The notes beneath the pieces were generated by a model. That model saw nothing but the letters and a program-made list of their open reading frames with translations, was not told the DNA's origin and made no database searches. Both the position numbers and the translations under genes were made by a program. DNA of 60,880 nt, counting the filler, from Porpidia crustulata (taxonomy: Eukaryota), in assembly GCA_964255105.1 (NCBI GenBank). It is 3 parts of 3 records of this genome, joined end to end, with 100 filler letters (N's around TTAATTAATTAA, not from the genome) between each part and the next. Parts side by side here need not be neighbours in the genome. Positions count along the whole stretch, not along the records: positions 20,344 to 40,570 come from CAXUWE010000122.1; 2 more parts are not named here. One strand, written 5' to 3'. Positions 24,552-38,479 of the stretch are shown here, piece after piece; the first letter of the stretch is position 1, and every line of letters starts with the position of its first letter.

Positions 24552-24740
24552 ATAGATACCACAGTACTTCCCGTCCTCATGCCCTGCAGATTTACGCCTA
24601 CCACCTGTGAATTACAAATCAATGTTGTGTCGGGCAAGTGAGTACAATATGTCAGAACGCTTCCCCGCACGGAAATGTTCCTTGAAATTCAATCGACCTT
24701 TATGTAAAGAATTTGACTCGAACATCTGAAACACGTCACC

Positions 24741-26736
24741 ATGTTTGGCACTCTCAATCCCAAGCAGCATAAGGAGCCGTTGACCTTTATCGAGAATACG
24801 GACCGGGCGTCAGCCCTCAGTCGTACCCGCCGCGACAAGCCACATATTTCCTGCGAACTCTGCCGGGCGCGAAAGGTAGTATCTTTCGATTGTCACCTGC
24901 TGCCTTTCTCCGTTCTAGTGTTGCTCTTGGACCAAATCCTGTTATATTATCATGTCCCAATCCACTTAACGCCGCTACCTAGGCCCAAAGAGGACACATA
25001 CGTGCGGGCCGTTGCAACGCAAAGAAGTCCAAGAGAAATTATGCAATATGTGGAGACGCCATCGGCTGACTTTTCGCTTCTCTTTGTCTCTCCAGGTGCG
25101 ATGTAGTGGCCAGCCCTCGGGCTGCGATAGATGTCTTGCCGTCTCCGCCGAGTGTGGGTACCCGGGCCGCGAAGCTCGCCGCAGGAAGGCCACCACTAGT
25201 CGCCACATGGAAACACTCAGGCCGAGTAGCAGCATGAGCGATACCAATCTTGCAACGGGGACCAAAGAGCAGGTACATCGACGAGGACAAGGGCAGGGTC
25301 AGGGTCAGGGGCTGGAGCAGCCGTCTGTTGGCGTTGGCAGTGGTCAGGCAGGACGAACACAGCCACACACGGCCGATCCGAGCGTCGAAATGTGTTATCC
25401 GGAGCCCAGAGCAGACCAGGAACAGCAGCAGATGGAGCACCGGCGCTCGTCATACCCGGTCGGCGACCACAGGTCGAGCGGAAACGTCTTGGACGGACTT
25501 GACAACTGGCTGGACATGGACAGCTTTCTCAACTCAGGACTGACGGCGCCACTAGAGAATCTTGACGGCAGCGTGGAGATGTTGGATGAGGCGATGGAGG
25601 ATTCTTTGTCTGGGCACGCTGATAGTCCGACTGGTAAGTGAGTCCCCTTGATTCTTGAGCGTGTGCACATGCTCAACATGGGCAAGGCCTTAAATATTAT
25701 GGAGCCTGATCTGGTCACTGATGTGAGTTACCCACTGACAACTTCATGTGCAGGTTTGGACGATATGGCCCCAGGCACCTCGCCTAGCAGCTTTCCTAAC
25801 GCAGATAACCTGGCGCAGCCGTTGATGCCCTCACACGACGTCGTCTCGCCGCTGGCTTCGACTATCCCATCCACACGCAGCCAGCCACCAGCATCGGCCA
25901 AAAATAGTGATTATACAGAACAAGAATCACTATCCCAGACGCCCAGTTTGGGTCGCTGGTCAGGCCAGCCCCCCGCCATCTTCAACAACATCCGGCCGTC
26001 ACCAGGATCGCCGGACCGCCCAAAGCCAAGTCTAACGTCTGACCCACACACAAAGGGCCCAGTACCAGCAGCACCGGCGGCATTCTCACCAAGCTTAACC
26101 CGTCGATGGGATGTCAAAGACGGCTGCCCCTGTCTGCACCTTGTGGCCTGCCTGCTCGAGGAGCTCGGTGCAGAGAGCGCGAGCAGTGACCAAGCTACAA
26201 TGGACCTGCTGCTAGGTTACTTACGTGGTGCGTTGGTGCGCTGTAGTACTGTCTTGGATTGCGAGCGGTGCACGTCGCTGAGTGATAATAACATGCTGCT
26301 GGCCATGGCGGGGCAGTATATGAGCACCATCTGTGAGCGAATGGTCATGTGCTACATTGAGTTGCAGTGGGCACAGGAGCAGCGGCAGAGTAAGCAGCAA
26401 CCGTCGATATCGTCATTGCTTCCTGGTGTTGGCGGCGTTGATGGTGATCAGGAGGACGAGAATGGTGGCACAAGGTCAGGGTCTGGAGTACTTGACGCAG
26501 ACGACATATGGTTCTCCACGTACCGCATCGATAACGGCTACGAGCGCATGCAGGTACTTCAATGCCTAGCTAGTGTTCAACTCATAGAATTTTCGCGAAT
26601 GTTGAAAAAGCTCAAGGTGCGAGGAGGCAGTCACAGGGGACACCTGATGCTGCTGACCGAGGTTGAGAAGCGGATCAAGGCGGTTCAGTTGATGCTGCGA
26701 ACCAAGCTGAATCGCCCATCAGCCGGGAGAATATAG
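24741..26736 (+). CDS. Cluster-associated Zn(II)2Cys6 transcription factor (3 exons)
   Basis: SCELCRARK|VRCSGQPSGCDRC..ECGYP after intron 24876-25095; second intron 25634-25753. C-terminal CPCL..CSTVLDCERC..NNMLLAM domain typical of AflR-like pathway regulators. Confidence 0.88.
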
Positions 26737-26861
26737 TCTCTATAGAAATCTTCTTTGAATCGTCCTGAACACCCCAGTTATGAGGGCATTTCAAAGTTCT
26801 TAAGATAGGCGGTGGTTTTCGCCAAGCCGGTTCGAAGAAATACATAGCCGTTAACGAAACA

Positions 26862-27453
26862 TCCCTATTTCAACAATGATGGTTTTTTTCGATTTTTAGC
26901 GAAATCCGATATCTTCATCATAGTAAATAGTACGAGCGATGCATCTGTCCTCATCGATCATTATATAGATTTTATTATATTCTGATTAAAATAAGTTGAA
27001 GTTCTACATCTTGTTCATTATGCGTATATCTTTCTTAACGTTATTACGGCCATACCCGCCATATCTAGTAGTATTGGACCAAGTCTTCCAACTTGGTATT
27101 TCGCCTTTTAGGTGGTGCGGTTGGGTATTGCGCCCCTCATGTGGATTGCGCCCACCCCACCTAGCTTCCTCACCCGGGTAAACCAATACCCCTGGGGGTG
27201 GTCGTAGCACTACGTACCTGCATTCTCGATACGGAATTCCTTCCGCTTAGAAGCTGATCCCAAAGGGAGGTTTTCGCGACAGAAATTCCTTTCCCTCCTT
27301 AAGTTATTCTCCTTGTATTATAGGCTTAGTCTAGTCAATTGATATAGTTCACTACGACCCCTCACAAAGAGCGAGAACAGGTACATCGCGCATACGATTT
27401 ACTATCGGATTTCGTTAAAAATCGAAAAAAAATCATCATTGTTGAAACAGGGA
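26862..27453. mobile_element. Non-autonomous TIR element (~590 bp, ~50-bp TIRs), possibly with a nested solo-LTR-like piece (~27042-27366)
   Basis: tccctatttcaacaatgatggtttttttcgatttttagcgaaatccgata vs tatcggatttcgttaaaaatcgaaaaaaaatcatcattgttgaaacaggga|TA. The inner segment ends ..actacgacccctcaCA, but no TSD was found for it. Confidence 0.8.
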
Positions 27454-27706
27454 TAGACGAAAAGCCTGATCTTGTATCTTTCTTGATAGATTTATGATCC
27501 TGGATCGCTTTCAGTGACTCTTTGTTGATCGTTAGAAACGACGCCTATCAGCTCAGTGTACTTTTTATCCAGAATCGATCCAGATGCAATGTAAAGGTAC
27601 TGTATCATTTGCTATTCTCCACACATAAATAGCCTGCATCCCCATAGTAACTCAATTAAGTTGTTTGCACTACTTCAAGGATTTCTTCTCTATTGCTTAT
27701 GTAGTG

Positions 27707-28650
27707 TTACAAACGATAACTGGGCACCCTTTCGGACTGGCTGATGGCCCACTCCATGGCCCTTACTACGGCCTTGACCTCAGCATCCTTCTGTGGCGGA
27801 TGATGGCCCCCGCTGTGCTCCAGCTTCCTCGTTAGCCTCTCTTCGCACAACCCACGCGCGATATCCGACATGTTCTGCATGAAGTCAAAGTCACGCCTAC
27901 CCGTTACATGTACTGTCGGGATTTGTAATTTTTCCTTCAGTAATTGCGCATGCATTACTCTTGGAGCTTTGGAGCCGTCGCCCTGGTTGTAAACATCCAT
28001 ACTGTATTCAGGCAACGCAGCACCTTTCTTCTTGGCTGCGATGACGGTCCGTAACATGACGTCACAGAATAAGCGCTCGTCACGCGTCAAGACAGAGTCA
28101 TCCGCGGAGGGCGCCACTGTCATGTCCCGCCGCAGAGCGCACAGCCGCTGGACGACACTCTGGCAGTATCCGGCGTCGGCCGAAAAGGGTATAACAGACG
28201 AGAAGCACAGAGCAAATCTGAAGGGCGCCGGTGCGCCGCGGATCTGTTGCTGACACATGTATGATAAGGCGAGGGCGGCGCCCTGGCTGAAGCCGAGGAT
28301 GCCGTCAAAGGGGCCAAGTTCGTCGATGGTCGCATCGAGGTGCTCTAGCGCGTCTGCCATTTCGTCCGGCGAGTACCCGGTCGTATGTGAGAAAAAGGGC
28401 CCTTCGAAGTAGAGGCCCATTCCTGTATTGTCGTCATCGTCAGTTGCGCTGCTGGGCTTTGGATATGGTTGGAGACTCAAAAGATGTCGAGCGTGTCCTT
28501 ACCTGGTCCCCGTTCCGACAACGCCGGTCCTTCGGTAAAGATAAACTCGTAGCTCGGGTCGACTACCTTAAGGAAGGCCCTGAACTGGCTCTCGCAGATG
28601 CTCCCAGAGCTGCCCACGCCATGTAAGCACAGAATCTTCATCTTTGACAT
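27707..28650 (-). CDS. FSH1/LovG-type serine hydrolase (candidate trans-acting polyketide-release esterase)
   Basis: Exon 1 MSKMKILCLHGVGSSGSICESQF..; exon 2 GPFDGILGFSQGAALA (nucleophile), IPTVHVTGRRD (Asp), HSGGHHPP (His). Confidence 0.9.
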
Positions 28651-29360
28651 GAACGAGTGATCTCGAAAGTCGTCACTTTGCTTTCACTCCAAAGGCAGTC
28701 CACATATCCAGGGAAGACGTGCGCCAAAAATGTCAACTTGGAAATGACAACCTATTGCCCAAGGTCTTGATGTCTAGGTAGTGGAAGTTCCTCGCTGACT
28801 CTAATGCTTACCTAATTTGGCATTTTCCGTGTTTCGGAGGGATTACTAACTTGTTGCCCACTTTAGCATATGCGGAGTATCAGCCAAGCTGACACTGACA
28901 CAAGACCGACGGAATAGTCGCGGCGCTGACCCGGTAGTACTGGAGTATCCCGGTCCGAGGGCGCTCGATGGTGTCTATGCGTATTCGTCGAGGCAAACTG
29001 TAGAAATTAGGGTTCGGCGCTTCGCCGCGAGATGCGTTGGTTGAACGAGCGACGCCATCATATATGGTCTGAAACTTCAACCGTCTACGAACAAACAAGA
29101 TGCCTCTGATACGCGAAGGGAAGAAATAGTTAGATCGATCCGTTCTAAAACTTCACATACAAATACCTTAACATTAAAAAACTTTCACACTTGAGCTTTG
29201 TTATAAGCTTATAAGGTCTTATCTGTTTTCACTTTTTTATCTTATCTTTTTCCTTTTCGGGTTTCCAGTTATATCTCGACTATAGCTACTGCTGTAAAAG
29301 TAATAAAAGCAACAACGTTGGCGCAATACTAGCATATCAGAAGTCAAGGAAGATATCAAA

Positions 29361-32300
29361 ATGGCGGAATTTGATAAACAAGAACCCATCGCCATCATCG
29401 GAGCGGCATGTCGACTTCCAGGGGGCGTCTCGTCCTTGGGCAACCTTTGGGACATGATCAGCCACGTCAAAACCGGCCATGGCAAAATCCCCACCGAGCG
29501 GTGGGATGCCGATATTTGGCACCATCCAGATCTGGATAGGAAGGGCTCAGTGAGTGACAATAGCAGCGGTCGCCAGACGTGGAAGATAAATGCAGCTCTT
29601 GCTGACAAAGAGGCTGCCAGGTCAGTGCAAAAGGTGGTTACTTTCTCGAGCAAGATGTTAGCCACTTTGACGCCCCCTTTTTCTCAACCACGGCCAAAGA
29701 GGCGGCTGCGATGGACCCTATGAAGCGATTGCTGCTCGAGGTCAGCTACGAGAGCTTTGAAAATGGTCAGTCCCACTCGCATGGGCTAGCTTGCTTTGTT
29801 ATGACGGACGTGCCCTAACAGCTGACAATCACGCGACGCAGCCGGTGTTCCTATGAAGAGTCTAATGAATTCCCAAACTGGATGCTATGTTGGTTGCATG
29901 ACAAACGACTATGAGATGCTCTCGTTACGCGACATCTACGACATTGGCCACACTGCTGCGTCGGCCACAAGCGAAGCCATGACTGCGAATCGAGTCTCTT
30001 GGTTCTTTGGTCTGCAAGGTCCGAGCCTGACACTTGATACGGCTTGTTCCTCCAGTCTGTACGCCCTGCACCTCGCGTGCCAGTCGCTGAAACTCAGAGA
30101 GACTGAAATGGTAAGCTCATTGCAAACCCAGACCTCCTGTGCAGCACAGATTTTCTGACATAAACTCCCGACGGCAGGCCCTTGTTGCTGGAGTCAACCT
30201 GATCATTAACCCCAACACCATGCACCAGTTCTCAGCCATGCACATGCTTAGTCCTGAGGGAATCTCTCACACCTTCGACGACCGGGCAAACGGCTACGGC
30301 CGCGGCGAGGGTATCGGGTCCCTTATTGTTAAGCGCCTCTCTGATGCTCTTCGAGACGGCGACACGATTCGCGCCGTGATTCGCGGCACTGGGACAAATG
30401 CCGATGGCAGGACGCCGAGTATCACTCAACCCAGCACACTCGCGCAGGCCAATCTCATCAAGAGGACCTACGAGGCCGCTGGGCTGTCTCAGACGTCGAC
30501 GCAGTATTTTGAGAGTCATGGTACAGGTACTCCGGTTGGTGTGAGTTTCCTCTATAACTCCCTCTCCAAGAGGCTTACTCACATGTCCCAGGACCCGATC
30601 GAGCTGGAAGCCATTGCCTCGTCCCTCGGCGCAAGCCGCACCGCCGCCGGTCTCGGTCCTCTGTATGTCGGCAGCATCAAGCCTAACGTCGGGCACACCG
30701 AGGGCTGCTCTGGGCTGGCGGGCGTCTTCAAGGCGCTTGTCTGCCTAGAAAAAGGCATGCTTGTGCCAACATACGGCGTCGAGAGGCTGAACCCCAAGCT
30801 CAAGCTCGCCGACTGGAGCCTCGCCTTGCCCCAAAACACGATGAAGTGGCCTACCCGTGGGCAGCGCCGCGCCAGCATCAACTCGTTCGGCTTCGGTGGT
30901 GCAAACGCGCACGCCATCCTCGACGACGCATACCACTACTTGAGCGACCGAGGCCTGGTAGGAAATCATAACACCACCGTGCTCGAGGATGACGGCGGCT
31001 CTGATTCGGGCGTCAGTACGGGCCCGGGCACACCGGTACTCAATGACGATAAAAACGCCTCGTTCCTCTTCGTCTTCAGCACTAAGGACCAGGCCGGCAT
31101 CCAGAGGCTAGCGGCCTCTTACGCCGACACGCTCCAAAAAATTGGCCTGGACAAGGCAGATCCCCACTATCTCAGCAACCTCGCCTATACGCTCTCAGAA
31201 CGACGCTCGCATTTCGACTTCCGCAGCTTGTTCGTGGCGTCAAATCTCGCGGAGCTCGGCGCGCAATTATCCAAGGGCCTGCCCAAGACAAAGCGCTCCT
31301 CGCGGCAGGACAAAAACCTTGTCTTTGTCTTCACAGGTCAGGGCGCACAGTGGCCGGCCATGGGGCAGCAGCTGCTCAGCAATGCCGTGTTTTATAAGAG
31401 TATGCGTACGTCGCAGGATTACCTCAAGGAGTTGGGCTGTGAGTGGGATGCATTTGAGGAGCTGGAGAAGACAGCCGACTCCAATATCAACTTCCCGCAG
31501 TACAGCCAGACGCTGTGCACGGTGCTTCAGGTCGCCCTGGTAGATCTGCTACGGTATTGGAAGGTGACGCCCAAGGCGACGATCGGGCATTCGAGTGGTG
31601 AAATTGGCAAGTTGACTTATTCCCTTATTACCCCTGGCTGCAGATTTGTTAACCCTTTCAAGCCGCGGCCTATGCCACATCCTACATCACCCACGCGGAC
31701 GCCGTCAAGGTTGCCTACGTCCGGGGTCTCAGCTCTGCCACTGTGACCCGCCAGGGCGCTATGCTGGCCGCGGGCCTCTCTCGAACTCAGGCCCTCGAAT
31801 ACCTCGCCCAAGTTCCTCACGAGTCCGCCGTCATCGCCTGCATCAACAGCCCCTCTAGCGTGACTCTCTCGGGTGACGTTAAAGCCATTGACACCCTCGA
31901 GACCCTCATCTCGGCCGACGGCAAATTTGCGCGCAAGCTCAAGATCAAGACTGCCTACCACTCGCCGCACATGCGCTCTGTCGCTCAAGGCTACCTCGAG
32001 CGCATGGGCCATATTTCTCCCCTGACCAAGGACGCCGCCGACGGTGATGATGCCAATAAGACGGTTATGTTTTCGTCGCTCACAGGAAAGCTGGTGACCG
32101 CTGAAGAGCTCAATGCGGAGTACTGGGTGTCCAACATGTGCGCCCCTGTCGAATTTTCGGCAGCCTTCTCAGCTCTCCTCGCGTACACTTGTCAGCTTGC
32201 TGGCGGCCGCGGCAAAAAGGTGCCTATACGCTGGGGCGGTTTCGTCGAGATTGGCCCGCATGCCGCCCTTCAGGGACCGGTGCAGCAAATAGTAGCTGCC

Positions 32301-35300
32301 AGCACCAGCAAGACGGGCAAGAACGCCGTGTACACGTCGATAGTATTACGAGGCAAGGATGCGACCGAGACGGCGCTAACGGCGGCCGGCCAGCTGTGGG
32401 CTTTAGGCTACGGCGTCGACCTTCTCGCTGTGAACGGGCGCGAGAGCGAGTCGTCTGTGGTCCGCCACAAGGCTCTGACGGGCTTGCCGACATACCCGTG
32501 GAACCATACTCGGAGTTTCTGGCACGAGGCGTACTCAACGCGTTCGAATCGCTTTCCGTCAGCCCAAAGGACGGACCTTCTGGGTGTGCCGGTGGACCTA
32601 CAAAATAGTCTGGAGCCGAGGTGGAAGAACCACCTGCGCATCTCGGAGAATCCCTGGATCGAGGACCACAAGATCACAGGGACGATCCTGTACCCTGCCG
32701 CGGGGATGCTGGTCATGGCTATGGAAGGTGCACTGCAGACTGCTGACCCAGCGAGGAACATGCAAGGCTTCCGCTTCAGGGAGGTCAGGTTCGAGCGTGG
32801 CCTGGTGGTGACGTCCGGAGATGAAGCTGCTGTCGAAACACGCCTCAGCCTGCAGCCGCACAAGGCGATACCTGGGCATTTCCATTTCAATATCTTTTCC
32901 ACGGCCAACTGGAACTCGTGGGTGAAGCACTGTAGCGGTACTGTGGTGCTCGAATACGCCCCTATAGGCGCGAGCGAAGTTGAGGACCCGGCCGTCGACG
33001 CCCTCTGGGCCCAGCAATCGAAGCTCTACAAGCAACTTTCGGTACACAGTAAGGCCGAGAGTGTCGATGTGGGCATATTCTATGACCATCTGGAGACGAT
33101 AGGTATGGAATATGGCCCGCTCTTCCGTAACGTCGTCTCGTTGTCGGCTATCCCTTCGCTGCACGCCGCGCACGGCGCCGTCGTTATTCCCGATACCAAG
33201 TCGAGCATGCCCGCCAACTTTGAGTTCTCTCACGTCATGCATCCCGCCACTATGGACGCCATCTTCCATCTCCTCCTTGCGGCCTTTTCCGGCGGCCAGC
33301 CCATTGACGAGGCGGCTGTGCCATATAGCATCGACGACATGTTTGTCGCCGCCGAGCAGCCGCAGGGCGCCGGTGGACGCTTCCATGGCTATGGTCAGCT
33401 GGTGAAGAAGAATAGGGGCGGCCTTGAAATGATTGGAGAGTTGGTTGTGTCAGATCAGGCTTGGTCGGTGCCCAAGCTGACGGTCAAGGGCTTTGCGCTA
33501 CGGCAAGTTACGTCTACCGACGGTGCGAATGCTGCTACAAGCTTTAGGGCGGATGCTCTGCGGAAGTGTGCCTGCGTGAAATGGAGTGAGGATGTGGACT
33601 TCATCAAGAGTGCCGACGACGTGGCCAGGCTCCGGGATGCAGAGGGCAATCATGGAGATCATCTCTTAGCTCAGTTGTCCCTGTGGCTCGACCGGCTGGC
33701 CCACAAGAAGGCCGTTGGAAATATCCTTCTGGTACTCGACGAGGAATGCAACAGCATATCTGATAATCTGCGCGAAATTTGGATCCATGTCAGCCGTCGA
33801 TGGGGCTCCGAGAAGATCACTGTTACGGCTACGTGTGCTACCGGACTAGACATGCTGCGTTCCATTGTGCCCTCGTCGTCATCCGAGTCAGTATTCGACT
33901 TCTGGGATGCCGGCAAAGACGAGGAACTATCAACTGCACAGGGCGCTTACGACGTCGTGCTCGTTGTCGGCGACCGGACTGTTCGGAACCAGTCTGGACC
34001 TCTTGTCAAGTTGCAGAAGGTGCTCTCCCCTCGAGGTCACGTTGTCGTTTTCCAGACCGAACTGTCGCAGGCCGCTACTGAGGCGACTTCGCTGTTTACG
34101 CATCCAGTAGCAACCCCCACCGGAGCCACTTCAAGCCTCTTCATTACGGCTGCTTCTTCTTCTGTTAAGGCTGAGACGACGACGCCATCGGAAGTCTTCA
34201 TCCTCCTGCCCTCCACTGCCTCTTCCCAAATCTTGGCCCTAGCATCCAACCTTACCAACCTCCTCCACTCTTTTAACATAAAGGTCCAATTAACAACTCT
34301 CTCCCCTACCAGAACACCTCACCTGGTTGGCAAACACATCATCTCCCTCCTCGAGATCGAACTTCCCTTCATATACTCCTGGAGCGAGACCCAATTCACT
34401 TCCTTCAAGTTACTAATCTCGTCGGCAAGCCACCTCCTCTGGCTCACCCGCGGTAGCCTCCTCCAATCTTGGGCTGCCGGTGTCGATTTTGCCCCCGCCC
34501 AAGGCCTGCTCCGAGTGCTGCGCAATGAGTACTCCCTCGCCACCCTGCCACACCTGGACCTCTCCGCTGGGTTCGACCCAACGAGTCCCAGGAGCGCCGA
34601 ATTAGTTCTTGGTGTTTGGCAGGCCTCCCTCGCAGAAGGAGCTGAGATGGAGTACGCCGAGCTTGACGGTGGAATCTACATCCCTCGCGTGGTCGAGGAT
34701 GCCGGGTTCGACGGAGAGCTACAGCTCGCAAGCGGCAATGCGAAACCTATGCGTAGCCCAGTCCATGGTAGTGGGACGGCGCTGAAGCTCGCGTCTTCCG
34801 TCGACGGAGGGGATTTTCTTTGGGTCGTCGACGAGGATGCCACGCTACCACTGGGCACCAGCCAAGTTGAGGTCGAGGTCGAATTTGTGAGTCTGAGCGC
34901 GAGAGATGCTTCCGCCGCTGGTCACGACCACGCCGTGTCTCCTGGTCTGGGAAACGAAGCCGTCGGCGTTGTTTCCCGGTGCGGCAAGCATGTCAAATCT
35001 GTCGTTGTCGGCCAGCGAGTGGCTGTCTTCCGGAGCCAGGCGTGCAGAACCCACGTTCGCCAGGACGAGGGCCTCGTAGCAGCCATGCCAGCTAGTCTAC
35101 TCCCGCAAGAGGCCGCTGCGCTGTCGAGTGCTTTCATTGCGGCGCAGTATGCCCTCCTCGAGGTTGCCGGCCTGGTCAGGGGCCAAAAGGTGCTCCTCCA
35201 CTCTGCCGCCAGTGCTTTGGGCCAGGCTGCTATTCAGATCGCCCATTTCGTTGGAGCCGAAGTCTTTGCCCTGGTTGGATCCAAAGAACAGAAGGACGTC

Positions 35301-37107
35301 TTGGTCGAGCAATACGGCATATCTCCAACTCGCATTTTTGACTCCGCTTTGCAAAACTTCGTCACGGCCATTGCGCAGGCCACCGATGGCCACGGTGTCG
35401 ATGTCGTGCTCAATAGCCAACAGAGCCCGGCCGTACTGCCATCCCTTGCAACTCTTGGAGACTTTGGGTGCTTCCTCGATCTCAGCATCCTCATCCCCGA
35501 CTCTCCGCAACTCAACCTGCCTTCCTTCAAGCACAACGCCTCCCTCGTCCGCATCGACATGGACCGTGTTGTGCAAGCGAAGCCTGACGTTGTTGAGGCG
35601 CTTTTTCAGCGCATCTTCCACGAGTTCTGTCGCAGCGGCACCATTAGGCCCATCTGGCCTACTGTCGTCTACTCTGTCAACGACATGGTGCAGGCCCTAG
35701 ATGCCGTGAAGGCGCAGGACCATGGCAAAGTCGTCCTGTCGCTCAGCAAAGACGCTTCGGTGTTAACGCTGCCGCCACCTGCGCCAGAACTAGCATTAGA
35801 CAAGACTGCTACGTACGTCCTTGCGGGTGGGCTGGGAGCATTGGGGCTGAGCATTGCCGACATGATGGTGGAGCATGGGGCCGTGCACCTTGTCTTCTTG
35901 TCAAGATCGGGCGGGAGCAAGAACGAGAAGGACTTGGAGGGCTTCCGTAGCCGTGGGGTCCACGCGGAGGCTTTCAGGTGCGATGTCAACGACGCCAGAA
36001 GTGTGATGGGCGTATTTGACCGGCTGAAGAGTGAGGGGCGAGTGATCAAGGGCATGGTTCAGTGCGCCATGGTCTTGGAGGTATATCTTCTTTCCCTTTC
36101 CCCCTGTTGGACATGCGTAGACTGACATATCGGCAGGACGCTATCTTCGACAACATGACGTACGCCAAATGGTCGCGCGCCTTTCTTCCCAAGACGCAGG
36201 GCTCGCGCAACCTCCTCGCCCAGCTCTCACCCGCCGAAGCGCCCTTCTTCATCCTGCTCTCCTCCATCACCGGCATTATCGGCAACACGGCGCAGGCCAA
36301 CTACGCCTCGGGCAATACGTTCGAGGACGCCCTGGCTCACTACGCACGCACTCATCTTTCCATCGCGGCCACCAGCATCGACGTCGGCTTGGTGTCCGAC
36401 TCCTCGCACTTCACCTCGACCGGCGAGTTTGGCGAGCTGGAGAGTTACCTGCACAAGTACCAGCACGGCTGGACAGGTCTGCAGACCAGCCTCGAAGAGT
36501 TGCGGGTTGTGCTAAAGGCGGTGATGAGGGGATCGACGGCTGGCGGACAGGAGGTGCCGGCGCAGCTTGTGCTGGGTGTAGGGGACGGGCTAGTTAGGGA
36601 GGGTGATCAAAGCGGGTTTGAAAGAGACAGGAAATTTGAGTTGAGAGTTGTAAGCGCCGAAAGCAAGGCTGGTGAGAGTAGGGAAAAGGGCGTTGGGGTG
36701 GGAGAAAAGCTGAGCACAGCGACAACGCTTGGTGAAGCCTCAGCGATAGTAGAGGAGAGCTTCAAGGCACAGATTGCAGCAGCCATTGGCGTCGACGTTG
36801 ACGAGGTGGATGGACAGAAACCATTGCCTGAATTTGGGGGTGAGTTTCCTGAGTTCTTCCCGTGGTCCCTTACTTCTTCTTCATTTCTTTTACTATTCCT
36901 AATTTCACCATGGACGACATGCTAACCCTACTGCAAATAGTGGACTCCCTCAAGGCCGTCGAGATTCGGAACCGCACCCTTAGGGAGATGCAGAGCGAGA
37001 TTTCCGTCTTTGAGCTGTTGAGCGCCACGCCCTTGACGGAGCTAGCGGCCAAGATTGCGTCCAGGAGTGGGCTGGTCAAGCTGGATTCTGACCAAACTGA
37101 TCTCTAA
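29361..37107 (+). CDS. Iterative type I highly reducing PKS: KS-AT-DH-(degenerate MT)-ER(probably inactive)-KR-ACP
   Basis: [90 protein letters not shown] (G)[11 protein letters not shown]. About 7 introns. Confidence 0.95.
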
Positions 37108-37738
37108 GCTGCCAGGGAATGTGGGATGGGTGTGTCAAAAAAAAAGAAGAAGAAAAAGTGCTACGTACATGCATGGGCGTTATGGGGGCTATACAAAAGG
37201 TACAGATTTCATAGACTATCAGATATTTGTTTGGATCAATTCATTCTTCGTACCTAGCAGTTAACTGTCAAGTTTACTTCAAGACATCTTAACAGCTGTA
37301 GGTTGGGATCACTTCAGGTATTTGTTATCTCAAGGCTATGGGCTATCTAGTCTCTACTTTCACGCAGCTAAAACTCGTAAACTATGCCTGCTCGTCAAAG
37401 TTCAAAACCATTAACTGCAGAGGGCATCATAAAATAGTCAAAATAGTTTAAGCTTTTTCAAATCTACAAGACGATCATTAGACTGCTGCGCAACCTCAAG
37501 CAAACTCTCGTATTTCTCGAATATAAGCGATATATCAGGTTTCTAGCATGTCAGAATGCTACAGAGGGATGTCAGAATACGCTGGTCCCCTTACGCAATT
37601 AGCCCGGCACCGAATTTGAACTAATAGCGTACACTGTTTTAATATACTCATAGGGCAAGCAGTTCAATCCACTTTTACGAGCCTTATCAGCGAAACTTAT
37701 AGCACCCTTATAAACAGCACGGTTTAAAAGCCCAAATC

Positions 37739-38479
37739 CTACATCCCCACATTCCCCCTTGGGATAACAGGCGGGTAGGAAAAGACGTCCCTCTCATGCT
37801 CCAGCGTCTTGCTGAACAGGGAATACAAAACCGCGAAGCCAGCACAACTCAACAACGAAGCGATCATTAGGCCGGCCCAGAAAGCATGCGCAGCATTGTT
37901 CACATTCCGACCCAGCTCCAGCTCGATAGCCGCCTCCTCCACCTCCGCTCCAAAATTCCAATACAGGCTAGCTAACACACTCAAGACAGCCGCCAGCAAT
38001 GGCACCCGGATCCAGGTGCCCAGGCTCAGAGTAGGTGCGATACTCCTCGCAGACTTGCTCCTACTGCTGCTGCTGACGTTCATCTTTGCGCTGCTATCGT
38101 GCGGCGCTGCTGGGACGTCTGCGGGGTTAGCGATGATGGTGGTGGTGGATTCAGGCAGGCTGCCGACCAGGAACTGCTGCATCGTCTTCATAGCATAGGC
38201 GCTGTGACCGGCATATCCATATGTTTTGCTGCCGTCGGTGCCAGCGCAGTCCTTGAGCACGTCGATGCCGCCGGGGTGGTCATCGGCAAAGGAGGTGAGG
38301 CTGTAGACTGCGTTGGTAGGGTGAAAACGGTCAGGAGTTGCTGTGTGAGGCCCAGGGCCGCGTGTTTAACCTACTAGAAACTCACCTTTACCGTACACCG
38401 CTACCCACAGGTCTTGCTGCGTTTTGTGCTTCTCGAGCTGCGCGAGCGTGATGATGTTGTCGTGCTGTGAGTTCGCCAT
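37739..38479 (-). CDS. Cytochrome b5 with C-terminal hydrophobic segments (2 exons)
   Basis: MANSQHDNIITLAQLEKHKTQQDLWVAVYGK|VYSLTSFADDHPGGIDVLKDCAGTDG..GHS (both heme His ligands). Confidence 0.9.

Noticed and set aside
32598..33386. Long antisense and overlapping ORFs within the PKS, P450, phosphatase and kinase genes
   Set aside because: Shadow ORFs expected from codon bias and high GC; no motifs.
31743..36125. PKS split into several ORFs, suggesting a pseudogene or multi-gene PKS
   Set aside because: The breaks examined are explained by introns with branch sites, including one GC-AG intron.
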